DNA from: Candidatus Cloacimonadales bacterium | Lineage (GTDB): Bacteria > Cloacimonadota > Cloacimonadia > Cloacimonadales > JAFGVF01 | DNA: 64,000 nucleotides | NCBI GenBank assembly: GCA_963677495.2 | Contig: CAXXOU010000001.1 | Location: 896,001 to 960,000 of the forward strand | Direction of reading: 5' to 3' | Shown here: positions 40,145 to 51,076 of the stretch, piece after piece | Layout of the letters: every line of letters starts with the position of its first letter | How positions within the stretch are numbered: the stretch's first letter is position 1 | Notes under the pieces: generated by a model | Seen by the model: only the letters and a program-made list of their open reading frames with translations | Told to the model about the DNA's origin: nothing | Database searches by the model: none | Program-made: the position numbers and the translations under genes

Positions 40145-42928
40145 ATGAAGAAAGCTCTTGTAATTGCAAGCATTTTTATCTTTGCTTGTAGTTTATTTGC
40201 TTTGGATTTCCAGCAAGCTAACTACAGAAACTCAAGTTCACAGGTGAACGATCGTTACCTCGAAGTTTCCTACACAGAAGACTTTGAAGCAGGTATTGGT
40301 CAGTGGACTACTTTTGATGGTACAGTTCCAGCTGGAATGTGGCGCACATATGATGATAATGGTGAAATGGTTTGGTGGATGGGTGATGAATCACTCGCTA
40401 ACGGAACAAACATTGGTGGTTACCTTGACCATACTTATGTTGTTTTAGATACACCTGAATTTACAGTTGATGCTAACACACTTACATTCGACATGAACTA
40501 TGCTGTTGAAGATTTAGGTGGCTCAGCTCCTTACGATGCATGGGATGGATGGAACATCCGTATCTCAACTGACCAAGGTGCTACTTGGACTATAATGACT
40601 CCAACAGCTCCTGCTTACAATGGTACATCTTTCTATTCATTCGGTTTTGAACATGGTGAAGGTGAAGGCGTTCCAGGTTGGGGTGGTAACTCTAACGGAT
40701 GGCAGGCTGCTTCTTTTGACATGACTGCCTATATGAACCAGAATGTTATGGTTCGTTTTGCTTTTGCATCTGACCCAGGCTTCTGTACATCTGACGATGC
40801 TACTCTTTTTGGTGCTATGGTTGATAACATTGCTTGTGGAACATTCACAAACGATGCATCTGATGCAACAGGTTTCACACCTTCAAGCTTAGTTCCACTC
40901 GGTGGAGACTTATGGCACATTACTACAAGCGCAACTGCTCCATCAGGAAACAATATTGCTGCTTGTACTGATACTAACTTAGAATATGGTGCTAACGTAC
41001 TTAACTACATAATCAGTCCTACAATTACTTTACCACCAGCTGGTGAAATTTGGGCTGACTTCCAGATTAAAACAAACTTCAGAGATGCTGATACTTTCCC
41101 AGCAGTTGATTACTTCGGTTTTGAAGTTTCTCCTGACGATGGTTTCACATGGTATGCTATGAGTAACCCTTATGGCGACACAAACGGTAACAACTATGTT
41201 TATACCGGTTCTGATGCTGGTGGACTCACAGATTGGGGTTCAATGATTGAAAGCTATAGCTTAGACGGAAGAATCGATGACTATGCAGGTCAAGATGTGA
41301 AATTCCGTGTATACTTCCAGTCAGACGAAGACACTCCTGATGGTGATGCAGACGCTGATGGTTGGGGAATCTTTATTGATGATTTCATGGTTTATAATGA
41401 TATCTATCTTCCACAACCTTATGCTTTAACCGGTGACTTTGATCAAGCTACCGGTGTAACTCTTAACTGGTCAGCTCCAGCTGCTGCTGCACCGGAAGAT
41501 GTAACTTTCACTAACTCAGCATGGGCTAGCTATGTTAACGATGCACAGCCTTATGCAATGAAAATAGTGAATCCTTATGACATAGATGTTCCATTACAGT
41601 CAATCAACTTCGTTATGTATGCATCAAGCACAGAAGTTGCCGGAACAGCTGATGTTTATGTTTATGAAGATAACGCAGGTATGCCTGCTGATACTCCACT
41701 CTATACATTAGAAGACCAAGGTGACCTTGTGCATTATGACTGGACTTCTGTGAACGTATCTGAATTTGAATATTCAATTCCTGCAAACGGAACTATCTGG
41801 GTTGCTGTTGGTGGTTTTGATGGTGGCGAACAAGGTCTTCTTTGCGATGACTCTTCTACTACTCCATCAAGTGCTGCATACTCACAAGGTATGTGGACTG
41901 CTTTAGAACAGAACTACGACACACTTGTTAATGCTGGTATCAGTGCTACTCTTTTAGTACCTGACACTGACGTTTTAACACCTGACGGATACTCAGTTTA
42001 CCACTCACTCGACCAAGAAAACTGGTCAAATGTTGGTTCAACAACTTCAGATGTAACTACATATATGCATGATGCTCCAGTTGCCGGTCAGTTCAACTAC
42101 TACAAAGTAGCTGGTGTTTATGGTGCAAACGAATCTGATGCATCTAATATTGTATCTGTATTTGTTATTACTGATGAATATGCTTACCTTGATAATACTG
42201 ATGGTACAGCAGAAATGGGTTATCAAGTTGGATTCAACAACATGATGGCTGTTTATTTCGAACATACACATCAGCCTGAAATCATTAACATTGGTATCAC
42301 TGTTGAAACTCTTGGAACTGCTCCATTCATTATCAGAATCTTTGATGATGAAAATGGTGTACCTGCTGTTAGTCATGCATTCCAAACAACTGTAGCTGCT
42401 GCTGAAATTGCTGAAGGTCTTAACGAGATTGTTGCTCCTGAAGGAATGAATGAGCAACTTCAAGATGTATTTGAAGATGGTAAGTTCTGGATTGGTTTAC
42501 TTGAATTCTCTAATGCAAGTACAATCGGTATGGATACTTCTGCTACAGGTAATTCAATGAAGAAGATTGGAACAGCTGCATGGGAAGATGTTACTGAAGG
42601 TAATATCATGATCCGTACACTCGTTTTCAACGGTCCTGTAGGTAACGAAGAAGTTGTAGTTCCTTCAAAACCAATGTCAATCAACAACTTCCCTAACCCA
42701 TTCAACCCAGAAACAACTATTAAGTATAGTGTACCTACTTTAGGTCACACAACACTTAAAGTTTACAACATGAAAGGTCAGTTAGTTGATACTCTTGTTG
42801 ATGGTACAGTTTCTCAGCTTTCAAATGAAATCGTTTGGAAAGCAGAAAACAATGCAAGTGGTGTATACTTCTACAAACTTGAGAATGGTGGAAAAACAGT
42901 TATCAATAAAATGATTCTTATGAAGTAA
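40145..42928 (+). CDS. Large acidic secreted protein with jelly-roll (immune inhibitor A/MAM-like) and FN3-like domains and T9SS/FlgD-like CTD
   Basis: Signal peptide, EDFE..W, VRFAFASD, VDNI repeats; C-terminal NFPNPFNPETTI...YNMKGQ...SGVYFY...KMILMK. Confidence 0.8.
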   Translation: MKKALVIASIFIFACSLFALDFQQANYRNSSSQVNDRYLEVSYTEDFEAGIGQWTTFDGTVPAGMWRTYDDNGEMVWWMGDESLANGTNIGGYLDHTYVVLDTPEFTVDANTLTFDMNYAVEDLGGSAPYDAWDGWNIRISTDQGATWTIMTPTAPAYNGTSFYSFGFEHGEGEGVPGWGGNSNGWQAASFDMTAYMNQNVMVRFAFASDPGFCTSDDATLFGAMVDNIACGTFTNDASDATGFTPSSLVPLGGDLWHITTSATAPSGNNIAACTDTNLEYGANVLNYIISPTITLPPAGEIWADFQIKTNFRDADTFPAVDYFGFEVSPDDGFTWYAMSNPYGDTNGNNYVYTGSDAGGLTDWGSMIESYSLDGRIDDYAGQDVKFRVYFQSDEDTPDGDADADGWGIFIDDFMVYNDIYLPQPYALTGDFDQATGVTLNWSAPAAAAPEDVTFTNSAWASYVNDAQPYAMKIVNPYDIDVPLQSINFVMYASSTEVAGTADVYVYEDNAGMPADTPLYTLEDQGDLVHYDWTSVNVSEFEYSIPANGTIWVAVGGFDGGEQGLLCDDSSTTPSSAAYSQGMWTALEQNYDTLVNAGISATLLVPDTDVLTPDGYSVYHSLDQENWSNVGSTTSDVTTYMHDAPVAGQFNYYKVAGVYGANESDASNIVSVFVITDEYAYLDNTDGTAEMGYQVGFNNMMAVYFEHTHQPEIINIGITVETLGTAPFIIRIFDDENGVPAVSHAFQTTVAAAEIAEGLNEIVAPEGMNEQLQDVFEDGKFWIGLLEFSNASTIGMDTSATGNSMKKIGTAAWEDVTEGNIMIRTLVFNGPVGNEEVVVPSKPMSINNFPNPFNPETTIKYSVPTLGHTTLKVYNMKGQLVDTLVDGTVSQLSNEIVWKAENNASGVYFYKLENGGKTVINKMILMK

Positions 42929-42946
42929 TCATTCTATTATAGAATT

Positions 42947-42976
42947 AAAGGGAATGCAGAAATGCATTCCCTTTTT
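42947..42976 (+). terminator. Rho-independent terminator
   Basis: aaagggaatgca-gaaa-tgcattcccttttt. Confidence 0.88.
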
Positions 42977-43066
42977 CAATGATACAGATATCCATTCAAA
43001 ACCATAATATTTAACTTTACAAAATCCCTTACCAAATTGCAATAAACTAAAAATATAGGAGTAACC

Positions 43067-43270
43067 ATGGATTGCAAAAAGAGTGACAATCTTAAAAAAT
43101 GTACTTGCACTTATGAGCCCTGCTCCAAAAAAGGAATCTGTTGCGAGTGTGTTGCTTATCATAAACGCTCAAGACAGTTGCCTGCTTGCTTCTTTCCCGC
43201 AGATGCTGAAAAGACTATGGACAGATCATTCGAACATTTTGCCCGACTTGTCCAAGAAGGAAAAGTATAA
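43067..43270 (+). CDS. Small Cys-rich protein (DUF6485-like)
   Basis: [19 protein letters not shown]...LPACFF; ggag RBS; abuts the next start. Confidence 0.75.
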   Translation: MDCKKSDNLKKCTCTYEPCSKKGICCECVAYHKRSRQLPACFFPADAEKTMDRSFEHFARLVQEGKV

Positions 43271-44497
43271 TTGGAAACCCTTAGAGAACTTTATAAGATT
43301 GGTAGAGGACCATCAAGTAGCCATACGATGGGACCTACAATCGCTGCGACCACTTTTTTAAACAAATACCCCCTTTCTCCTCATTTTGAAGTTACCCTTT
43401 TCGCCAGTCTTGCTGCGACTGGTAAGGGGCATTTAACCGATACTGCCCTGCATGCTGTTTTTCATGACAGAAAGCTTGATATTGTATGGAAACCTGAAGT
43501 TGAACTTCCGCTTCACCCCAACGGCATGCTTTTCAAAGCTTTTGATGACAAACACAGTCTTCTTGGAGAGTGGCAAGTATATAGCATAGGTGGTGGCTCT
43601 GTGTCTGAAACAGGTGATAAGACTGCCCATAATGTCTATAAACACCAATTTATGGATGATATTATTGAGTATTGCGAAGAGAAAGGCTTGACCCTCTGGG
43701 AATATGTTATTGAGCAGGAAGGTATAGAGATTCTTGATCATATAAAAGAAGTCTGGCAGGTAATGGAAGATGCCATAAAGCGTGGTTTGTCTGATGAAGG
43801 TGTTCTCCCGGGTGGACTTGGTGTCCCTAAGAAAGCTAATTCCTTTCTCAGGAAATCCAGACTCTCATCAGCCCATTATAAGAAAGGTATGACAATCACA
43901 GCATATGCGCTTGCTGTATCTGAAGAGAATGCTTCCGGTAACTTGATAGCTACTTCTCCTACTTGTGGAGCGTGCGGAGTGTTACCTGCCACTATGAAGT
44001 ATTGTCTTACCCAGCTCGAATGCACTGAAATGGAAGTTTATAGAGCACTACTTACAGCCGGTCTCATTGGCAACTTAGTAAAACAGAACGGCTCAATCTC
44101 CGGTGCTGAAGTCGGTTGCCAGGGAGAAGTTGGAACTGCCTGTGCAATGGCAGCCGGTGCTGTTGCTCAAATACTTGGTGGTACACCATGCCAGATAGAA
44201 TATGCTGCTGAAATGGGGCTTGAACATAATCTTGGTCTAACATGTGACCCTGTCTTAGGGTTAGTTCAAATTCCCTGTATTGAGCGTAATGCTTTTGCTG
44301 CAAAACAAGCACTTTCTTGTGCTGAATATGCCATCTTCTCTGATGGTAGACATAGAATCTCTTTCGATGAAGTAGTTTATGTTATGACTCAAACAGGCAA
44401 AGACCTATCTCCGAGCTATCGAGAAACCTCGATTGGTGGATTGGCTGAAGCTTATACAAGAAGAGTAAGGAAAGAACATGAGAAAGATAAAAGCTGA
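43271..44497 (+). CDS. sdaA: Fe-S dependent L-serine ammonia-lyase, single chain
   Basis: GPSSSHTMGP, TGKGHLTD, SGAEVGCQGE, GLTCDPV.GLVQIPCIERN. Confidence 0.93.
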   Translation: METLRELYKIGRGPSSSHTMGPTIAATTFLNKYPLSPHFEVTLFASLAATGKGHLTDTALHAVFHDRKLDIVWKPEVELPLHPNGMLFKAFDDKHSLLGEWQVYSIGGGSVSETGDKTAHNVYKHQFMDDIIEYCEEKGLTLWEYVIEQEGIEILDHIKEVWQVMEDAIKRGLSDEGVLPGGLGVPKKANSFLRKSRLSSAHYKKGMTITAYALAVSEENASGNLIATSPTCGACGVLPATMKYCLTQLECTEMEVYRALLTAGLIGNLVKQNGSISGAEVGCQGEVGTACAMAAGAVAQILGGTPCQIEYAAEMGLEHNLGLTCDPVLGLVQIPCIERNAFAAKQALSCAEYAIFSDGRHRISFDEVVYVMTQTGKDLSPSYRETSIGGLAEAYTRRVRKEHEKDKS

Positions 44498-45320
44498 AGA
44501 GATAACTAAAGAAGTTGCTGAACTATTCAGAGCAGCAAACTATGAGCTTGATGAAGAACTACCGGGACTTATAAAAGAGTTCATTGATAAAGAAAGCAAT
44601 CCATTAGCCAAAGATATTCTTGAAAAGCTCCTTGTAAACGCAGAACTTGCCTTAGAAAAGAGAAAACCACTATGTCAGGATACAGGCGTAGCCGTGGTCT
44701 TTGTTGAACTCGGTCAAGAGTTGCAAATAGAAGGAAACCTTAAAGAAGCTATAGAGTCTGGTGTGGAATTAAGTTATAAAGACAACTACTTCCGTAAGTC
44801 AATGGTTTCGGATCCATGTTTTGGACGTGAGAATACCCATAATAACTTGCCGGCTATAATTCATTATAATATCGTATTAGGAGATAAGCTCAAAATCACT
44901 GTTGCTCCTAAAGGCGGTGGTTCAGAGAATATGAGTCTTATTGCCATGATGAAGCCTTCTGATGGAATCGATGGTATAAAGAAACTTGTTCTGGATACAA
45001 TAATCGAAGCAGGAGGTAATCCATGTCCGCCTGTGATTATTGGAATTGGTGTGGGTGGTAACTTCGAAACCTCAGCTCTTCTTGCTAAGAAAGCTTTAAT
45101 GCGTCCTTTAAGCTCTCATAATCCTGATAGTAATTGGGCTAATCTTGAGACTGAACTTCTGGAAATTGTTAATAGTAGCAATGTTGGTCCTCAAGGACTT
45201 GGCGGAGATACAACAGCCTTCAAAGTGTTAATTGAAACAATGCCATGCCATATTGCATCACTTCCGGTTGCAATCAACATCCAGTGTCATGCCCATAGAC
45301 ACAAATCAATAACTTTATAG
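44478..45320 (+). CDS. Fe-S hydro-lyase alpha subunit (class I fumarate hydratase / tartrate dehydratase)
   Basis: PLCQDTG, KGGGSEN, GNPCPP, GPQGLGG, CHIASLPVA. Confidence 0.93.
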   Translation: MRKIKAEEITKEVAELFRAANYELDEELPGLIKEFIDKESNPLAKDILEKLLVNAELALEKRKPLCQDTGVAVVFVELGQELQIEGNLKEAIESGVELSYKDNYFRKSMVSDPCFGRENTHNNLPAIIHYNIVLGDKLKITVAPKGGGSENMSLIAMMKPSDGIDGIKKLVLDTIIEAGGNPCPPVIIGIGVGGNFETSALLAKKALMRPLSSHNPDSNWANLETELLEIVNSSNVGPQGLGGDTTAFKVLIETMPCHIASLPVAINIQCHAHRHKSITL

Positions 45321-45328
45321 GATTCAGA

Positions 45329-45865
45329 ATGAACATCAAACTCACAACACCATTCCAACCGGAAGATTTAGCTAACCTTAAAGTTGGTGATAATGTCCTA
45401 ATCTCAGGAGTTATTTACACAGCTCGTGATGCTGCTCATAAAAGGATTGTTGAATTAATTGAGTCCGGTAAAGAGCTTCCTTTAGAACTAAAAGATAATG
45501 CTATTTATTATACAGGTCCAACACCTGCAAGACCGGGAGAAGTAATAGGTTCTGCAGGCCCCACTACCAGCTACAGAATGGATGCTTATGCTCCTACACT
45601 CCTTGATAATGGTCTGAAAGGAATGATTGGTAAGGGTGCCAGGTCAGAAGATGTTATTGAAAGCATCGTAAGAAATGAAGCTGTGTACTTCGTTGCTATT
45701 GGCGGAGCGGGAGCTCTTCTCTCCGAAGCAATAATATCAGCAGAAGTAATTGCTTGGCCTGAACTAGGTCCGGAAGCAGTGCGAAGATTAGAAGTTAAAG
45801 ATTTCCCATGTATAGTTGCTATAGATATCAAAGGTAATAACATATTCAAACGAGGAGACAGATGA
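45329..45865 (+). CDS. Fe-S hydro-lyase beta subunit
   Basis: TARDAAH, GPTTSYRM, MIGKG, LGPEA. Confidence 0.93.
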   Translation: MNIKLTTPFQPEDLANLKVGDNVLISGVIYTARDAAHKRIVELIESGKELPLELKDNAIYYTGPTPARPGEVIGSAGPTTSYRMDAYAPTLLDNGLKGMIGKGARSEDVIESIVRNEAVYFVAIGGAGALLSEAIISAEVIAWPELGPEAVRRLEVKDFPCIVAIDIKGNNIFKRGDR

Positions 45866-47310
45866 AACTAAATATCGATTTACATAATTTAAGTGATATT
45901 TTCCCAGCTGAGTTTACACCTGAACAGAAAGCAAAAGCACAAACTCTATTCTTAAAGAAGTTATCTGAGAAAGCTCATTATTTCTATAATGGTAAGATGC
46001 AAACTCTCCCTAAAGCCGGTGTTTGGGGTTTTAACTGGTTCAATGTCTGGTACACACCGGGAGTTTCAAAAGTCTCTACTAGCATTAGAGATGATAATTA
46101 CTCATCTTTCAAGCTGTCTAACCGTAGTAATCTTGTTGCAGTAGTAAGCGATTCAACCCGTGTTCTCGGTGATGGTGATTGTACGCCTCCCGGTGGCCTT
46201 GGTGTGATGGAAGGCAAAGCCTTTCTCATGAAATACCTTGGAGGTGTGGACGCTGTTGCCCTTTGCATAGATAATAGAGATGATGAAGGCAATCCGGATC
46301 CGCAGAAAATTATAGACTTTGTAAAGATGCTTCAGCCATCTTTTGGTGCTGTGAACCTGGAAGATATTTCTCAACCCAATTGCTACAAAGTATTAGACAC
46401 TCTCAGAAAGGATTGCAGTATCCCTGTTTGGCATGATGACGCACAAGGTACTGCGTGTGTGACTCTAGCCGGGGTCATCAATGCACTAAAACTGGCTGAT
46501 AAGCCCATAAACAGTGTAAAGACAGTTCTGTATGGGTGTGGAGCTTCAAACTCAACAATTGCCCGTTTTCTTATGAAAGCAGGTTTACCGGGTGAGAATA
46601 TAATTCTATTTGATTCTAAGGGAACGCTTCATAAAGAAAGAAAAGACTTAGAAAGCAATCTCGGAAGCTATAAACAGTGGGATTTAGCGTGTAATACAAA
46701 TCCAAACATGATTACAGATGTGCAAGAAGCTTTCAAAGATGCTGATGTTCTGATTGCTCTTTCCAAGCCCGGTCCTGATACTATCAAACCGGAGTGGATT
46801 AAGCTTATGAATGACAAACCCATCGTCTTTGTTTGTGCTAATCCTGTCCCTGAGATTTATCCTTACTCTGCAAAAGAAGCCGGTGCATTCATTGTTGCTA
46901 CGGGTAGAGGTGATTTCCCAAACCAGATTAATAACTCTCTTGGTTTTCCGGGGATTCTAAAGGGAGCATTACTAACAGAAGCTAAAGAGATTACTGATAA
47001 TATGGCTATCAGAGCTGCTTATTCATTAGCGGAATATGCAGAACAACGCGGTATTACTCCGGATAACATTGTTCCAACAATGGAGGAGACAGAAGTATTC
47101 CCTAAAGAAGCAGCAGATGTTGCTATGCAAGCTATTGAAGATGGTGTAGCCAGACATAATCTTACTTGGCAGGAAGCCTATGACCTGGCAAAAGAGGGAA
47201 TCGAGAATGCTCGGAATTCTACTCATATGTTACTCGAGAATGACCTAATAAAGAGCCCTCCTCCAGAGATGCTGGAAGAAGCATTGGAATGGACGCTAAA
47301 ACAGTTTTAA
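45862..47310 (+). CDS. NAD(P)-dependent malic enzyme
   Basis: YTPGV, VMEGKA, NLEDI, HDDAQGT, ANPVPEI, TGRGDFPNQINN. Confidence 0.93.
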   Translation: MKLNIDLHNLSDIFPAEFTPEQKAKAQTLFLKKLSEKAHYFYNGKMQTLPKAGVWGFNWFNVWYTPGVSKVSTSIRDDNYSSFKLSNRSNLVAVVSDSTRVLGDGDCTPPGGLGVMEGKAFLMKYLGGVDAVALCIDNRDDEGNPDPQKIIDFVKMLQPSFGAVNLEDISQPNCYKVLDTLRKDCSIPVWHDDAQGTACVTLAGVINALKLADKPINSVKTVLYGCGASNSTIARFLMKAGLPGENIILFDSKGTLHKERKDLESNLGSYKQWDLACNTNPNMITDVQEAFKDADVLIALSKPGPDTIKPEWIKLMNDKPIVFVCANPVPEIYPYSAKEAGAFIVATGRGDFPNQINNSLGFPGILKGALLTEAKEITDNMAIRAAYSLAEYAEQRGITPDNIVPTMEETEVFPKEAADVAMQAIEDGVARHNLTWQEAYDLAKEGIENARNSTHMLLENDLIKSPPPEMLEEALEWTLKQF

Positions 47311-47320
47311 ATAAAGCATT

Positions 47321-47349
47321 AATGGGACACAATCTTTTGTGTCCCATTT
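47321..47349 (+). terminator. Rho-independent terminator
   Basis: aatgggacacaa-tctt-ttgtgtcccatt stem after the stop. Confidence 0.7.
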
Positions 47350-48196
47350 ATATATATAGTGTATAGCTCTAGTTGTATCAATCAATTTGCTACTCAAATT
47401 TTCAATTGAACCCGAAATGAACCTTCTGCTTCCCTTCCAGTCCCGTGCCTACGACAAGTTTTCCATTAATATTTAAGTTATCCACATGATGTGGATAAAT
47501 CGAGGCGTTCCACGAGAGGGTCACGAGAGGGTCACCTGTGGGTAACCTTTGAAACACCTTTTTTAGTCACGGAACCAGAAGGGATGCAGAAGGGCAAATT
47601 TTGGAAAATTGTTAGTGGGAAATTGTTAGCTGGAGTCAAAGCGACGGAATGGGAGTTGGACTCATAGCGAAATATGGCAATATTCTACCTTTCGAATGGT
47701 CCTTAGACCTTCGAAATGGTGCTCTTGGACATTCCCCTCTTGTAGAGGGGTACCGTTTTAACGGTGGGGTGTTTCTTCCTACGAAGTGCACCATTTGCAA
47801 GGTTTTCAACCATTCCAAAGGTATAGGTTACTGATGGTATTTTCATAGCCCCATGCGACTTGTCGCTTGGGGTCAAAGTTCAAGGCCAAGATTAGCCCTG
47901 AAGGGGTGTCGAATTACCTAAGATGTTAATCTTACGCCCCTTTAGGGCTACATCTTTTTAGATTACGTTTACCACATGCCAAAGCATGTGGCTATTGAAC
48001 AGACGCCTTTTCAAGGCTAAAAACAAGCTGAAGGAGTTTTGAGCAATTGAGGGCACTCGCACTACATTGTACTGCGACTCTCCTGAGTTGCTGTGACGAC
48101 AGAGTCGTCAGCTTCCACTGACCGTAATTTAGAATATTACAGTCCAAGTATGTGCTCTACAGCTGTCATCTCTTCAGTCAATACTAATTTCAGTAC

Positions 48197-48424
48197 ACGA
48201 TAAGCTACAATATAGCAAAAGAAACTGATGTTAAAATCGATATCTATAACATCCGTGGACAGAGAGTTACAACCCTTGTTAATGATCATCATCAACCGGG
48301 TTATCACTCAATTGAATGGAGTGGTAAAGACAGTAATAATAAATCAGTAGCTTCAGGTATCTATTTCTATCGCATGAAAACAAACGACAAAGTCTTGACA
48401 AAGAAAATGATGCTACTCAAATAA
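48197..48424 (+). pseudogene. Orphan 3' fragment of a FlgD-Ig/T9SS-like CTD gene (no start codon)
   Basis: Translates TISYNIAKETDVKIDIYNIRGQRVTTLVNDHHQPGYHSIEWSGKDSNNKSVASGIYFYRMKTNDKVLTKKMMLLK*; in-frame stop at 48185 upstream. Confidence 0.85.
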
Positions 48425-48649
48425 ACCTTTAGAATGGTCTTTAGACCTTCTAAATGGTTGATTAGATATTAATATGGGTAGGCTTCACCTTCACATAAGT
48501 TATGGTGAACAAGTTGCCTGCCCTTTTGTTTATCCTTGCACCGAATCGAACAAGTTTTCTTGTGAGTTTGGGGTGAGGATAATTGTTTAACAGAGTCTCA
48601 TTCTCGACCCATACTTTGCTACGGTTCAAGTCTGAGAAAAGCAGGTGCC

Positions 48650-51076
48650 ATGAAAAAATTATTGTTGGTTTTATTTATAATTTTAATCGTAAGAGTTGCT
48701 ATCCGGGCAAACACAATTACTGTTTCCTTAGATGGTTCACAAGATCTAACTTCTATCCAATTAGCAGTAGATTGTGCTGCTGATGGTGATACGATATTAG
48801 TTCACCCAGGGCGATATCTTGAGCATGTCGATATTGTTGATAAATCAATTACAGTTATGAGTCTGTACGAATTTACCGGAAATCCATCAGATATTAGTAA
48901 TACAATTATTGACCCTAATTTTCAATCGAATGGATTTAGAGTTGATGAGGGAGCAGATGTAAGTATAAATGGTTTCTTAATAGAGAATGGAGTAGGTTGG
49001 GGTAATTCACATCCGTACATCTATGGTGGAGGAATTTCAGTATTTGGTAGTTCAATATGCATATCTAATTGCGTTATTCAGAAATGTACTTCTATAAACA
49101 CTGGTGGCATAGGTGTTTATAATGAAAGTTTTGCAGAGTTTTCTTCTAACATCATAAGAGATAATAGAGCTCTTCATCAAGGTGGAGGTATTGGTGCTAG
49201 CTATGGCTCAACCCTTTATTTTGATCCTGATAACCTAAACAGTGTATATAACAATTATGGAGATGTTCAGGATATATATCTATTTAATTCTACTAGTAAT
49301 AATATTGCTTAAGATACATTGAGTGTAGATTTAGATGCACCTGATGGCTACTTTGTTATGCACTACTCTGGTTTGAATGCAACACAACTTTCAGTATCGA
49401 CTCAGAACAGCTATTGGGAGCAGTTAGATTCAAACCTTTATGTTTCACCCTTGGGTGATGATAATAATGATGGATTAACACCTGAGACAGCACTACAAAC
49501 TATTGCATTTGCTACAAGGCTGATACAACCTAATGAGCAGAATCCAAATACTGTATTTATTCTACCGGGGACATATAGTAAGGAGCTGAATAATCAAATC
49601 TTTCCAATTGCAGTTCAATCAAATACTAAACTCTTAGGAAGTGGTAATCAACCCACTGAGGTAACTATTGGAGATGAATGGGCACTTAACACAATCGCTA
49701 TTCGATACGCTTCAAATGTTGAAGTTGGTAATTTAAAGATGATTAGAAATAACCAAGAGGATGAGTATAACATGCTTGTTTCAAGGAGTGAAGATATTTC
49801 TATCCGTGATATCGATTTTGGTGACTTTCATTCTGATAGACCCGGGATATTAGTACATTTATCAGATACAATAGATGTCAATAATTGTAGTTTTAGAAAC
49901 ATAACCGGATATAATGGAGAGTTTACTTGCCTTAGAACATATGAAAGTACTGTGATAATAAACAATATAGTACTAACAAACAATAATAGCTCTTCTATAA
50001 ATGGACATGTTTCTATTATAGATTTTGATGATTCTCCTATTACCGCTAACAATATTGTTATTGCTAATAATACACACAATAGTCCGGGAGTGATGTTTCA
50101 ATATGGCAATATTGAAGATAGTGGGCTAAATGGAAGTTTAGAGTTGTCAAATATGTTAATGTATAACAACTTATCTACGAGTAACACTTTACCAATGATG
50201 ATCATTATGAACAATTATGAGCACAACTACTTGAATAATGTGACAATTGCAATGAACAATGGCAGTTTAAGCGTTTTAAGGATAGCTGGGGATTTCACAA
50301 TTCGTAATAGCATTTTGTATAATCATGAAAGTCCACGTGAAATTGAAGTTTGGGATAATTTTGCAGGAGACCCAAACCCGATATACTCTAATATAGATAT
50401 AGATTATAGCTTAATCAGAAATGGAGAATCAGAGATAATAGGGTTCGACAATGAGCATAATACTCTTACTTGGGGGAATCACAACATTGATACAGACCCA
50501 CTTTTCCGTGGTGATGTCCATGGTGATGTGGAACTCGAAGATATAAGATGGGTGCAACTGACACAAGGTTCACCCTGCGTGAATGCGGGAACACCTGATA
50601 CACTTGGGATGAACTTACCAACTGTAGATATTGCAGGAAATCCGAGAGTATGGGATAACATAATCGATATGGGTGCTTATGAATATAATCCCACTCCGAA
50701 TAGTGATGAAACTGCTCCAAGACCACCTGCAACGATACAGGTGTCTCATTTCCCTAATCCTGTTACACCTAATGACAATAACGGGAAAGTAGCATTCATT
50801 GAGTTTACATTACCCAAGAAACCGATAGAGAAACCTACCTTAGAGATATTCAATATCAAAGGTCAGAAGGTAAGGGATCTGAAGATAACCCAGAGTTTCT
50901 CACAGCTTGTGAGAAGTGCAGGATTATCATCAGAAGATAAGCAAACAGGAGAACATTACTCAAAGATATGGGATTGTAAGGATAATAATCGTAAGATAGT
51001 AGCATCGGGGATATACTTTTATAAGGTAAGTTGTGAGGGGGAAGAAGCAATTGGCAGAATGATGGTGATCAAATAA
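48650..51076 (+). pseudogene. Paralog of 32896-35328 secreted beta-helix protein, interrupted by an in-frame TAA at 49310-49312
   Basis: ORFs 48650-49312 and 49319-51076 are in the same frame; NIA*DTLS aligns with TIYLDTLS of the paralog (TTA>TAA). Confidence 0.85.

Noticed and set aside
49310..49312. Selenocysteine/pyrrolysine or alternative-code readthrough
   Set aside because: The codon is TAA, aligns to Leu in the paralog, and TAA terminates many normal genes here
34795..51076. Diversity-generating retroelement TR/VR pair
   Set aside because: No reverse transcriptase in the window; differences between the similar 3' blocks are mostly synonymous and not adenine-specific
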